Shown here: in pieces, positions 11,049 through 24,393 of the stretch | Layout of the letters: each line of letters opens with the position of its first letter | Position numbering within the stretch: the first letter of the stretch is position 1 | Assembly: GCF_036971445.1 (NCBI RefSeq) | Contig: NC_091477.1 | Coordinates: forward strand, 30,690,001 to 30,754,000 | Reading direction: 5' to 3' | DNA: 64,000 nt | Source: Narcine bancroftii | Lineage: Eukaryota | Made by a program: the position numbers and the translations under genes | The notes under the pieces: generated by a model | What the model was told of the DNA's origin: nothing | Seen by the model: the letters and a program-made list of their open reading frames with translations, nothing else | Databases searched by the model: none

Positions 11049-13970
11049 TGGCTGCGATGGCTGGCCATGTGAACACCTCCTTCACGTTACCGACAAGTCC
11101 ACCGGCTGGCATTTCCTGGAGGACACAGGAGTGGAACTGAGCTTCCTGCTGCCCACTACCCTCGAGACACGCACCCGATTTCATGGTCCCACCCTGTGGG
11201 CAGACAGCGGTTCAGCCATCAAGACCTTCGGTACCTATCCGCAGAGCGCAGATTCAGATTGGGAAAGAGAAATTCCACTGGAAGTTAGTGTTAGCCTCAG
11301 TGGGTACTGCGTTGTTGGGGGACGACTTCCTGAGTGCACATGGACTGTTGGTTGACATGAAGGGCAAGAGGCTGGTCAATGCTCGCACCTTCCATTCGGT
11401 GCGTCTGGATGCCATGCACGCCTGCAAGCCTGAGATCGCTGCCATCGCCACTTCCAGGGATGACTATTCGAGCATACTCCGTGATTTCCCCATAATTCAG
11501 CACCACCTTACCCCAACACAGGGTATACCACCATATCTCCACGCAGGGCTTCCCACTGCACGCCAAGCACAGCCGACTTCTGCCTGAGAAGCTGCAGCTG
11601 GCAAAGGAGGAGTTTTTCTGTCTGCAGGAGTTGGGGATCGTCTGTCGCTCGGACAATGCCTGGGCATCCCCTCTCCGCATGGTCCTCAAATCCTCCGGGG
11701 ACTGGAGACCCTGTGGTGAATGACGCGACCACAATGAACAGGTACCCGGTGCCCCACATTCAAGACTTCTTGGCCAATCTCCATGGCACGCAAGTCTTCT
11801 CCAAGGTTGATCTGGTGTGGTGGTATCATCAGATCCTGGTCCACCCCAAGGACATCGGCAAGACAGTGATCATCACCCACTTTGGCCTCTTTGAATTCCT
11901 GCGTATGCCTTTCGGGCTCAAGAACATGGCCCAGACTTTTCAGCGCCTCGTGGACACAGTGGGTAGGGACTTGGACTTTGTGTTTACCTACCTGGATGAT
12001 ATCCTTATTGCCAGCTGCAACCGAGAAGAACACAAGGCCCACCTCCATACCCTGTTTGCCCGACTGGCAGAGTTTGGCCTCACGGTCAACGTGGCCAAGT
12101 GCCAGTTCAGCAAGCAGACACTGCAGTTCCTGATGTACACCATCTCAGCACCAGGTGCTGCCCCGACACCAGAGAAGATCGCAGACATTCAGCGGTTCCC
12201 CAAGCCAACCACCCTCAAGGGCCTGCTGGAGTTCATGTGGATGGTGAATTTTTACCATCAATTCATCCCCGGCGCCGCCGCTGTTCGCGTTGTTTACCGC
12301 TAAGGAGAAAGTCCTGACCTGGTCGGAGGAGCCAGAGACCGCTTTTGCCACAACAAAGGAGAGCCTTGCCAACACAACTCTATTGGTGCACCCATGCCCG
12401 GAGGCACACATGGCACTCTCGGTGGACACCTCAGCCACGGCGGTAGGGGCCATACTCGAGCAGTGGCTCAACAGACAGTGGCACCTGCTGGCCTTCTTTA
12501 GCAAACAGCTGCGCCTGCCAGAGCTCAAGTACAGCGCTTTCGACTGGGAGGTCCTGGCACTGTACCTGGCCATCCAGCACTTTTGATACTTTCTGGAGGG
12601 GAGGCCCTTCATCGTGTTCACGGACCACAAGCCCCTCACACAGTCACTCATGATGGCCAAAGATCCGTGGTCAGCTTGTTAGCAAGCCACCTCTCCTACA
12701 TGTTGGAGTTCACCACCGACATCCAGCACAGCGCAGGTAAAGACAACATCGTGGCGGATGCGCTCTCTCATCCGGCGATCACCACTCTCTCCCCCAGCTA
12801 CACACAATTGGCACAGGCCCAGAAGCAGGACGCAGAGATGCAGGCTTTCCAGACCACCATCTCTGGCCTTGAGCAACAGCCCAGACACACTGCTCTGTGA
12901 TGTCTCCACCGGCTCGCTGCACCCGGTAGTCCCACCACAGTGGAGGTCGAGGGTTTTCAGCTTAGAACATGACCTAGCCCACCCCTTGGTGAAGACTTCG
13001 GTGCAAATGTGCCAGAGTGGTTTTTTGTCGCACGGGCTCAAAAATGAGGTGCCGATATGGTGAGGAACTGCACCAGGTGCCAGGCCTCTAAGGTCCACTG
13101 GCATACGCAAGCCTCAATTCAGCAATTTGACCCAGCAGTGCGGAGATTTCAGCACTACCTCGTTGATGTCATAGGACCCCTGCAGGTGTCCAGGAAAGCA
13201 CGCTACCTTCTCACAATAGTCGATCGGACCATGAGATGGCCGGAGGCCGTGCCTATCAAAGAGGCTTCCACAGATACGTGTGCCAGGAATCTATTCAGCC
13301 ATTGGATCACTAGGTTTGGAGTCCCAGTGCACATCACCAGTGACAGAGGTGCCCAGTTCACCTCCGCCCTCTGGGCTCAGCTGGTGAACCTTCTGGTGGT
13401 TAAACTCCACCACACCACAGCCTATTACCTGTAAGCAAATGGTTTGGTGGAGAGGTTTCATCGTCATCTGAAATCCACCCTCATGGCTCACCTCAGGCTG
13501 GGCAGATAAACTGCTCTGGGTCCTCCTCGGCATCAGAACAGCACTCAAGGAGGACCTACGGGCATCTTCTGTGGAACTGGTCTACACCATGCTGCTCTCG
13601 CTGCCCGGTGAGCTCTTTGGCCCGGAGCCCAACAATATGTCCAAGCACGTGAACATTTTTTTGATGGATCTCTGTAAGAAGCTATCCTCGCTAGCTCCCC
13701 CACCCCCCCCCCCCCCCCGCCTCCCTCGCATCATGGCGTCCAGCTGACACATCGTCCTAAAGAGCTGGACTCGGCGGAAATTGTACTCTTTCGGCACGGA
13801 CCACATACGGTACCTTTGCAATACCCGTTTGAGGGTCCATAAAAAGTCCGCTAGTGGTCTGGCAGGACTTTCACTTTGGACATAGCGGGTAAAGATGAAT
13901 TTTTCACCGTCGACCCTTTGAAGGCGGTGCACTTGGACCTATCAAGGCCAGTGCAGATGGCCATGCCCTA
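11021..13970 (+). pseudogene. Gypsy pol (protease-RT-RNase H-integrase), disrupted
   Basis: ORF fragments 10729-11355 (DTG), 11183-11587, 11656-12303 (MPFGLKN, YLDD), 12290-12586 (DTS...LAFFSKQL), 12583-12900 (GKDNIVADALS) and 13057-13434 (integrase core). Confidence 0.9.
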
Positions 13971-14025
13971 ACACCGGGGCTGCCTGCCCAACCGGCGAGA
14001 CACGTAGCTGGTTCTGGGGGGGGGG

Positions 14026-14277
14026 TGTATGGTGAATCAGCCCTGCATGTAATGCCACGTGGCGGGGCAGCCTTGGGAAGATGGCGCCATCAGGGTTTCT
14101 TCCTGCCTCAAGTCTCCTGCCCAGCGCGCGCCGTGGGCAGCGATTATGACATTACAATGCACACGGTAACTGAGCTTACGCTGCCCTTAAAGGGGCATGC
14201 ACTGAATTTGAATAAAACAGTCGTTAATGACATTCAACGTGGTGGCTGTGTCTTTCTTGGCTGTGGCCAGCTCCACA
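14026..14277 (+). repeat. 3' LTR of Gypsy element
   Basis: Follows the PPT TCTGGGGGGGGGG; lacks about 16 bp after the initial TGT relative to the 5' LTR; ends CCACA followed by ATCC. Confidence 0.93.
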
Positions 14278-15639
14278 ATCCCTTCATTAAAAAGTTATGC
14301 TTTTAAGAAGTGCAAGAAGGTAAGTGACAAATAACTGAAACTTGCATTTGTCATTATTATGCATTAGATCATCCTAAACCAACTTTTAAAAGTTTTAGTA
14401 ATAGGATAATAATAAAAGACACATTACGCTGTCTTTATCCTGACCTTTAAGGTACTTTATTCTGACAGCAATATTGGAACAGTCATTCAAATGGATGTTC
14501 TTTACAGCTATTATCTTGGATACTAAATGCTGGGCATTGATATATGGCATTAATATGTTCACAATAAATATTAAAATTAAGTGCCTGCCAAAAAAATTAG
14601 TGACCAAGTTATTACCATATAGGAACAAAACTGCCATTTATTCACTTATCTTCCCATTTTGGAAGGTTAGGAATAAAACTGAACATAGGTCATCTATCCT
14701 GGGAACCTGCCCATCTTTGATTGACTTGAACAATGTTAAAAACAAATTTGTCATGGCAGATTTGTTGCCAAAATGGTGATTATACCTCTTTTTTGGGCAT
14801 CAGTACAGATGGCCTGATGATTATATATGTGGCAGAACTCCTGGGTGCTCAGGAACACCCTCCAAACACTTGGTGCCAAACTGAATTCAATTTTAATGGA
14901 TGCAATATAGAGGCTATATCAAAGCTATTTATTAAAGGTAGTTGTTTCTTAAATATAAATGATATTTCTTTTTCCAGACTATTTCTCTCAATAGGAAATG
15001 TTTTTTGTTTCCAGCACTTGCTGAGTGGTTCATTGGAGGTGGTTGGTGTTGAGGAGGTGGGGGGGGGGGGGGCACAAGCATGCGCCCACAAGTATGAATT
15101 TTGGTTTGTATTCTGCTCCAGTAACCACTGAATTGCATAAAAACTAAAAAGAACGAGATCATTCCAATGGGTCAAAGTCTAAAATCTGTTGTTACCAAAC
15201 TCAGACTGGATTCCACTCCTGATTATTGCGATATGGAATGTTCCCTATTCGTATTTTGAGTGAGAGCAAGATCAGAGCCAGCTGTTTACCCCATACTCAA
15301 TTAGTCTGCCTTAATTCACTGCCAGTCCTCACATATGACAGTCTTGCACTTGGACAGCACAGTGATGAATCTCTAGCACTCTGTACATTCTTCCAGCAGG
15401 AATCAATGTTTTCCTTAAGTAAACGTACAGGAAAATATAAAGAAAATAAATGGTGTTGGATTAATTCATGTTGTATTCATATTTGATTCATACGATTTCT
15501 CACAATTGCTTTTAATAATGAGCCAAACACCTTAATAACTCATAAGGTGTTTTGTGAGAATACAGGGACTGAGGAATGGATTATATGACTTGATGAATTC
15601 CCTTATAAAGTACTTCTTAAGTGTAGGAAGCAGTGTAAG

Positions 15640-15860
15640 TTTTTAGATATACAGCACGGTAACAGGCTAATTTACATCCAATTAGCCTACACTCCCAGTA
15701 CATTTTGAACAATGAAAGAAAACCAGGGCCCCCAGAGAAAACCAATACATATACAGGGAGAACATACAAACTCCTTACAGAAAGAATGGGATTCAAACCC
15801 TGGTCTCCATTGCTGGTGTTGTAAAGGCATTGTCCTAATCACTACACCAACCGTGCCACC
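15640..15860 (-). mobile_element. tRNA-derived SINE
   Basis: - strand head ggcacggttggtgtagtg, B box GGTTTGAATCC, shared core and tail. Confidence 0.75.
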
Positions 15861-16246
15861 CTAATATCTTTGCATGGCACAGGTGAACTTTTGCAGCAAA
15901 ATTGAACTATGGTCCATAAACCTCCTTTCCAATACCAACAGGATGGTGGTAGATTTTTAGAAACGTTATTTCCCTGACTTCTTGGTCTAAAAATTTGCTC
16001 CATATCAAATATACAACTGATATTCATCGTCTTACTCAGCATAGCCCTCAAGAAATTACATTTTTATGAAATTACTCCTTTTAATTTAATCATGCAAAGG
16101 CCAGCAACAAATCCTAGATTTCACTGGACAACATTTTTTTCCCCCCTAAAAGGATTGCTTCCTGAAAAAAATGGATATTTTGATATTTTGATAGACATCT
16201 TCAAGTTGATCACTGATCATTTCAGATTTATTGCATCACATTATTA

Positions 16247-16381
16247 TGGTTAGCGCAACGCTGTGAATGTCCCAGCAATTGGGACCGGAGTTCGAATCCC
16301 ACACTGTTCGTATGTTCTCCCTGTGTCTGCGTGGGTTTCCTCCAGGTGTTCCAGTTTCAAAATGTACTAGGTGTGGGAGGG
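16247..16381 (+). mobile_element. tRNA-derived SINE, 3'-truncated and joined to an LTR-like fragment (16382-16445)
   Basis: tggttagcgc...GAGTTCGAATCC B box, then the core; followed by tgtagagcg...ttttatt, resembling an antisense LTR end. Confidence 0.6.
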
Positions 16382-17800
16382 TGTAGAGCGCGTCGAAAGA
16401 ATCAAAGGCTTGTTCATCCAAACCAAGGCTTTTATTAACTAGAAAACTAAATTAACTTTTCTTGCGAACAATAATTTAGCATGTTTAATCACATAACGCT
16501 GCTGACTCATTGCATTAGTCTAACTGACCTAAAATGTTTGGTCGCTGATTTTCATTTGTACTCAGCATCTGATGCTTTTGTTGACAGTGTTCAATAATTG
16601 CTTTTTCATGGACGCAATGTGCTGGGGAAACCATGTTCGTCACTGACTGCACCAAGCTTAGCAGGGAAGAAGTCCAAGTGCAAATGCAAAAAAATGAATT
16701 TTGTACTTCATGATTTTGTGCTTGAAGTAGACAAAATATGACAAGAAATCACAAAAATAGGTTATATCTAAAAAACAATTTGTGATAGGAAAATTTTAAG
16801 GTGATTTTTTTTGTGATCACCAACACAACATCCTATAATACACTCAAAAGTGTTTAAGAAGCAAAATATTTGTTTTCCAGTGTTAGAAGCAGCCAGAAAT
16901 TATCAAGTCCCTTTCTCTGATAATCTCAAAATATGAATTGAGGTCTGATTGCATTCCTCCATCCAAGTAAAATTGTCTGGAATTAGCAGTGCTATTAAAA
17001 TTTGATTCATTAAAACGACATCTACACATTTGGCATCACTTCACAATTGATTTTGTCCTGCCTTTGCAATGGTTGTCCTTTGAGTACAAAGATAAATAAA
17101 AATGGTCTCTCTCTAGAAATTGAATGTGGAAGAGAGCAGCACGGGAATGGGCCCTTTGGTCCATGATGTCTGTGTAGAACACAGAAAATGATCCATATCC
17201 CTCTATTTCTTGCAAGCTTGTGTCTCTCTGGAAGCCTCTTTAATGCTACTTTTGTATCTGCTTCTATCACTGGCACACTTTTCCAGGCAAGTGGCTCTCT
17301 TTCTGTGTTTTAAAAAAATATATAGATTTTCCCCACACATCCCCTGTAAACTTTTCCTTCTCACCATCCTCTAATATTTGTTATTCTTCCCCTGGGAAAA
17401 AGATCCGACTACCTACATCTCTTGTAATTTTATAAATTTGTATCTATTTTATAAAGGATATAAATAAAACCAAGAAAATGAGTGTGACATTCAGTGGTCA
17501 GTCAGAAAACTTTGTATTCAAAAACACCACTTTGGTGATCCTGCTGCAGAAGGCTCATTCCTATACATGACAAAGAATTTGGCATGAAGTGGCATCAGTG
17601 ATGTCCAGATGGACATTCATGCCAATAGAAAGCATGGCAGCAATTGTGAAAGGCATTCTTTTTCCATGTTTGCTAAGGTACGTTTGTTCACACTTTGCCT
17701 TCTCTTTTGATGTAGCTTTAAAATAAATACCTCAAACACTTTGTGCAAACCTGGTGTAGCTTTAGGAAGTAAACCTATACAATACTTCTTCCCAAAATAG

Positions 17801-20340
17801 AATTCAAGTTAATTATCATCCAATTGAACAAGTACAACCCAATAAAACAACATACTCCAATCCTCAGTGCAAAAACACAACTTGACATAACAGACATACA
17901 AACAATACATATGCAAAATATATAGATATCTACATATATATAAAGTGATTCTAGCTCAGATACTCCTGCATCTCTTTCCGTAAAGAGCTGAAGGATGCTG
18001 TGTGCGGGATGGAAGAGGTCTTTGATGATTTTGTGTGCCCTCCTCAAGTTACAATCCCTCAAGATCATGTCGATGGGGGGGGGGGGGGGCGGTGGGAGGG
18101 AGAACCCAGGGGTCCTTTCTGCTGCTCTTATGGTCTTGTGGATTGACCTCTGATTCAATGCTCTACAGCAGGGGTCCCCAAATTTTTTAGATCATCAACC
18201 CCTTCTGGGACTATGCGGTCTCTCATCAACCTCCAGGCATAGAATCCCAGCATTGGGTGGGTGGCTGGTTGGGGGAGGGGGAGGGGGGAGTGGGTGAGTA
18301 CGCGTGGTAGGATGGCCAGACATGTGGTTTTAGGCCAGACAGTTCTGCTTTTGAGCCCTCTGTCCTCTGTCCGGCACCACCTCGAGCCAGACATTAATTT
18401 GTTCTCAACCTTGGGGTGTAAGCCCTACATCCCCAAATGGAGAACAAATTAAGGGGCAGAAAGGACACTTACCTGTTAAATGCAGCTTCCCGGGGTCTGC
18501 AGGATGTGAGCAGCCGGCTGGCACATGCGCGATGAGGGGGAAATGTGACAGCGATGCTCGAAGTGCCGGCTGACGCATGTATGATGAGGGGGAGGAGTGA
18601 CAATGGCACACAAAGATTTATGGCAGTTAAGCCTCTCCTCCCCCCCATGCTGGACTTTGGGGGTCGGTTTGGTTGCGGCTGTTCTGGACCGGGTGGGGGG
18701 AGTGTGGGAGGCACTATTTTAAATTGACCCCCATGCCATGACTGCCTTTCAACACCCTGCCATTTATCGACCTCCTGGATGGTCCCATCGACATCTGAGG
18801 GTCGATATCGACTATTTTGAAGACCACTACCCTACAGCAACCATTCCACACTGTGATGCAGCCCACCTAGAACATTGTTGGTAGAGCTCCTGAAGAAACT
18901 TGACAAGATGGTAGCCAGTAAACATGACCACCTCAGCCTTCTCAGGAAGTGCAGTTGTTCTTATGCCTTCCTGACAAGTGAGGAGATGTTGTGTGTCCAG
19001 GATAGTTCACTTGTTAAGTGGACTCCAATGAATTTTGTGTTCTCTACTCTCTCCATTACCAAGTTATTAATGTGTAGTTGAAGATGGTCATTTCTGGTCC
19101 ACCTGAAGTCCACAATCATCTCCTTCGTCTTGTCTACATTGAGGCCAACTACTGTTATGTCACCTGCAAACTTGATGACTCTGTTGGAGCTGGGTCTGCT
19201 ATTGCATTCATGGATCAGTAACATGAACAAGAGCAGGCTCATCACACAGACCTAATGTGCTCCAGTGTTCAGCGTGATGGTGCTCGATGTTCTGCAGCCA
19301 ACCCAGACAGACTGTGGTCTTTCCATTCAGAAGTCCAGAATCCAGTTACAGAGAGGAGTATTGAGTCCCAGCGAGGTCAGCTTCTCTACCAACCTCTAGG
19401 GAATGTTCTTATTAAACACCGAGCTGGTCAATGAATATCAGCCTTGTGTATAAGGTGTCATTGTAGGTGGATCAGGACAGAGACCAGCATCTCTTGGAAT
19501 TGTGCTTTGATGTATTCAATTACCAGAAACTCAAAGCATTTCATAATTGTGGAGGTCAGTTCTACAGGACAGTAGTCATTAAGGCCTGTAACTGTCACCC
19601 TCTTTGGTACTGGGTTAACGAGGCTGTCTTGAAACCCATGTGGATGATGGACATTTTGAAGTCATCTGTAAGGACCTCCATCAGTTGGTCAGAGTGGTCC
19701 TTTAGTTCCTGATCAGGTATGTTGTGTGGTCCCGCTTATTTGTGCGGGTTCATCTTGTATAGAATTCCTCTCACCCTGGCTACGGCTATGCAGGGGGTCT
19801 GTTCATCAGAGGGATACCAAGCTTTCTTCAGCATCAGCCTATACTTCTCATCAAACAGTGCATAGAAGATTTTCAGTCTGTCCGAAAGGGAGGCATCCTC
19901 TTTAGGTTGTCTTGTGATGTTGCACTCTTGATTCCTTGCCACATGCACCTCATGTCATTAGTGTCACGCAGCTGTCTATGGATCTTCTGGACGTACCCAC
20001 ACTTTGCCTTCCCGAATGCATGGAAGAGTTCAGCCTTGGCTGATCTTAGTGCCATCTTGATCCCCGTCCCGAAGGCAGCATCACAAGCTCTGAGGAGTGG
20101 CTGGACCTCTACATCAAACCATAGATTCTGGTAAACTCTTGTTGTGAAACATTTGATCTCGGTGAAATCATCAATACACTTGCTCATGTAGCCAGTCACT
20201 AAACTTGTGTACTCCTTGATGCTTACATGGTCATTTTAGGTGGCTACCTCCCTGAAACAATTCCAGTACATGGACTCAAAGGAGTCCTGTAGCGCATCTG
20301 TGTTTTCCCACTCCCATCCCTGCTACATCCTGATCTCCCT
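17801..20340 (-). mobile_element. Rex1/Babar-type LINE, about 1.9 kb of decayed RT and 3' end, interrupted by a hAT MITE
   Basis: ORFs 19873-20199 (GYMSKCIDD...NLWFD.EV..LLR..DAAF), 19736-19948 and 18961-19245 (IKFAGD.TVVGL..KTKEMIVDFR). Confidence 0.85.
18169..18829. mobile_element. Non-autonomous hAT (Charlie-like) DNA transposon/MITE
   Basis: Imperfect TIRs CAGGGGTCCCCAAA...TTTGAAGACCACTA; 8-bp TSD CTCTACAG (18161-18168) / CCCTACAG (18830-18837). The Rex sequence is continuous across it. Confidence 0.8.
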
Positions 20341-21667
20341 GTGAACTGGCTTTGTCTGTTTTGCCAGCAGACTGTAGGTCGGAATATAGAAATATGCATA
20401 TTTTGTCGCTGGTCAGTATTTCTGCCATACATTTGTGCTTGCATGTTTGGAGCAACAAGCATTCAATCAACGCAAGTTATTCATGCACAGCTCAGACCTG
20501 AAACATCGGTTAGATATATCTGCCTCCTATGGCCACTCTAAGACCTGCTGAGTTCCGCCAGCAAATTTGTGTTTTCAACAGTGATACATGTGGTAATATT
20601 TATGTTCCCTTCCTTATCAGTTATAGCTCTTTTTTTAAACTGTTAAAGAGTGTATGTGTTTCTTGCTCATAAGTTTCAAGAAGGTAAAGAAAATTGGAAC
20701 CCCCCTCCTGACACGTTCAGGATTTGCACCTTCTTTAATTCTCTCAGTTCTTTAGCCTTAATATTAACCTAACCCTCATGACCAAATGGGAAGCTTTGCT
20801 TTGGAATCATGTTTTATCTCCAGCTAATGAAATGTAAAATTACAGAAATATAAACAAACCTTTAGTCCAATTGCTCTGTTATTGTTTACTTTTTCAATTA
20901 AGCATCTCCCATCCTAACTTTATCTTATCCAATTAGGACCTCATTCACAAGTTCTCCTTCTGCCCTGTACTTTCCCCTTTTTTTAAGGTTAAAGCTCTAA
21001 ATTCACTTTCTTGTAGTATACCCTCTTAGGGTGTTAGCCAACCCCAGTATTTAGATGTTTGTTGTACTTAGTTGGTGATGATGAGCAGGCCATATGGCCT
21101 GTGTGTCCAACTATAGGCTCCCAAAACATGTACTGCTTTCTAAGATCTAGTCATAGGAAGAAATTACCAGGTGGAAAGAGGGAAAAAATAGCTCAGAGCC
21201 TCTGACCCTTGGGAATCTTTAACCCATCATTACTCAAATCAAAGAAGAGCATTCAGGATAGCATTGAAAACCATGCACTGGGAGCTCATCAAAGCCCTGT
21301 ATAAATGGCAGAAGGAGCAAGCCACCTTTCAAGTTAGCCTCTCATTCATCCTATCAGCCTCCTCAGATCTCACAGAGTAGAAATAGGTTACCTTGGATCT
21401 TGAGGAACTGCCTAAAGAGATGGAGATGAAAATAGCAGAAAGGTTAAGTTGCCCCATTGGCATCTTGAAGTCCTATTTGTTTTGTAGACATTACTTCAAG
21501 TCCCACTGCAGCAGTTATTTAAATGCACATAAAGAATGAATCTTAAATAAAAATCTATCACCAATAAATATTGATCATGAAACCATGCATTGTGGTTTAA
21601 AAAAACACCTACATGTGATTCTTGACTGATAAATGTGTACTTTAAGATCAATTAGGGATGGAAATGT

Positions 21668-21721
21668 GTGGCAAACTTTTACTAATGGGGTGGCAAACTT
21701 TTACTAATGGTGTGGCAAACT
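21668..21721. repeat. 22-bp tandem repeat, about 2.4 copies
   Basis: gtggcaaacttttactaatgg(g/t) x2, plus gtggcaaact. Confidence 0.9.
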
Positions 21722-23074
21722 GCCTGAGATTGTTGGATTTCTGAGCTGCTTCACTTCCTCCTTAACTTATACTTACTAAAAATCAATAGCAAGTTGGAGT
21801 GCCAAGATTTAAAGCCTTTAGGGTCATTTCTGCTAGACATTGCAAAATGAAATGAGGCTGAAAGGGGAAGCACACAAGATTTGTATTAGAGTACATTTAA
21901 ATGAGGCATCTTAACTCAAGACATTACGATACAATTACTAAATCAGCTCTTTTTGAAGAAGTTAATCATCCCAGACCAAACATTTAAAAACAGAAATTAA
22001 GCCATTGCCAATATTATCTATATTTATTTAACTAATCTATGGAATTGAAATGGGGAAATCCTTGTAATAGTTAAATTGCTTTTTGACCTGATTGTTTACT
22101 ATATTGCATTACAAATCCATTTGAAAGGAACCAGGAATGAAATAAACCACTTTGTAGCATTCAGTGTTTGCAAGCAGAGACCAACTGATAACATGGTGAA
22201 TTTTACAGAAAGACTGTTTTCTTCCTTTGTTATGATTTTTTAAAATGTATGTATTTGGGTCTGTTTATATATTTTAGTAATTCTCTGCCAGAGGAAGTGG
22301 CTTAATAGAATTAAACTTCACTTTGTATTAATGAACTTCTTTAACTATTTAAATAATGAGACAATGGAAGTACAGCTGGCCACTCGAGCTCCTGAACTAC
22401 TGCCAAGGTCTCTTTGGCATGCTCTAATTGTTTTTCTAGCAAGTTTTGAAATTAATTTGCTACAGGAGGATCACCCAGTACAGCTGTCTACTTGTGTTAT
22501 TTGTTATTGGTTTATCTATTGCAGCCAATTCCAAACAATTATCATATCTAAATTTTCAATAAGTTTCTCCTGCAAATTGAACTGAATTCTAAAATCTGTT
22601 TGCTGTTAATGGTGGTGAAGTTTAAGGGGAGGTAAAACCCAATATCTAGCTGAGGGTATGTGTTGCTTGCTGCTCCTTTGGCCAGCGAACCGAGGATCTC
22701 TCCTCAGACAGCCAAGGAGGTATCATCAGATTAACTGACCATAAGAATGAAGGTGTAAGTAGTCTCTTGACCTGATGGTCAAGACTGCTTTTTTTGGGGT
22801 TAGAAATTCAAATTTGACAGGAACTGTCTGAACCCAATGTTTAAAAAAACTCTGTATTGTGTTGCGGAAAGTAGGTTAACTGAACCAAGAGAACTTTCTG
22901 TGCCCCATTGATTCTAACAATCTCTGATGTACAATATTCTGCCAAAATCCAAACTCCAGATGCATGAAAGCATTGTTTGAAAAGGTCTAGAGATAGCTCC
23001 CTTCAGTAAGATTGGTTATCAGCATTTAGTATTTAGTCGAGTGGAGAAGGTGTAATGAACCATAAAATGCTGGT

Positions 23075-23105
<31 letters not shown>

Positions 23106-23318
23106 CTACCCACAGTCAGGTAACATCAATGAAGAGAGAAAAGCAGTTCATATTACTGAATAGAGACCCATCATCTGAAGCAGGAATGAGAAACATTAGT
23201 TCAGGTAACAGAGAAGGTGGGACTAGGGTTGGCATAGAACAAAGGACATATCTTCAATTGGGTGAGATCCAATTGAGAGATAAAATCACTTTGTGCTTCT
23301 TTGTCTCTGTGATGTGAT

Positions 23319-23767
23319 GCGCTGGGTAGGTCACGTCTCCAGAATGGAGGACCATCGCCTTCCCAAGATTGTGTTATATGGCGAGCTCTCCACTGGCCAC
23401 CATGACAGAGGTGCACCAAAGAAGAGGTACAAAACTGCCTAAAGAAATCTCTTGGTGCCTGCCACATTGACCACCACCAATGGGCTGATATCGCCTCAAA
23501 CCGTGTATCTTGGCACCTCACAGTTTGGCGGGCAGCAACCTCCTTTGAAGAAGACTGCAGAGCCCACCTCACTGACAAAAGACAAAGGAAGAAAAACCCA
23601 ACACCCAACCCCAACCAACCAATTTTCCCTTGCAACCGCTGCAACCGTGTCTGCCTGTCCCGCATCGGACTTGTCAGCCACAAACGAGCCTGCAGCTGAT
23701 GTGGACATTACCCCTCCATAAATCTTTGTTCGTGAAGCCAAGCCAAAGAAAGAAAGAAGAAAGAAAA
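23319..23767 (+). mobile_element. RTE-clade LINE 3' fragment with 8-bp TSD
   Basis: Homologous to 29009-29445; (GAAA)n tail; GATGTGAT at 23311-23318 and 23768-23775. Confidence 0.9.
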
Positions 23768-24393
23768 GATGTGATAGTAAGGCTGTGACATGCTGAGTAG
23801 GCCAGAATATATATTTTAAAAAATGGAAATATAAAAAATATTAGTCAAAATTATGATTGACATAAATAGCCAGTTCTCTATAAAATGAAAGTGAGAGAAT
23901 TCAATATCGAATCCTGATCATATTTCAAGATTGTACTGAGCCTCACTGTGCATTACACAGAAGCCACTGACTGAAAGAGTGAGGCAACATGGCACTCCAG
24001 GTCATGCCTATAGAATGGGTTATGCTTGTGGACCTCTGCAAAATGATCACCAAATCTGCATTAGTCTCTGAAATAGGGAAGATTGCATGCTGAATTCCAA
24101 AGTCATTAGACCGAAAGAAGTACAAAGGAACCGCTGCTTCACCTGGAAGGGTTGTTTGAGCTACCCACCCTTGCCACATTCATTCACATTATGGACAAGA
24201 TTAATGACACATGGACACATTGCAACCTGAAAAGCAACACTTGCAGATAAACTTTGACAATGTCATTCAGCATTGGGAAGACTGCTAAAAATAAATTGTG
24301 TAACACTGAAAATCCTTGGCATTCATTTTTGTTTGTGCCTCCTATAGAAATGTAATGAAACACCCAGAATTTAAGGCCATAAATGATACTCAA

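Larger units (their letters stand above)
10060..14277 (+). mobile_element. Full-length decayed Ty3/Gypsy LTR retrotransposon, CsRn1-like clade
   Basis: TG...CA LTRs at 10060-10322 and 14026-14277; 4-bp TSD ATCC (10056-10059, 14278-14281); PBS; G-rich PPT. Domain order is gag, protease (FLEDTG), RT (YLDD), RNase H, integrase (GPL, SDRGAQF), with many frameshifts and stops. Confidence 0.95.

Noticed and set aside
21668-21721. CRISPR-like array
   Set aside because: Head-to-tail tandem repeat without spacers, in a vertebrate intron. The same applies to 7167-7212, about 9910-9945 and about 50436-50495.
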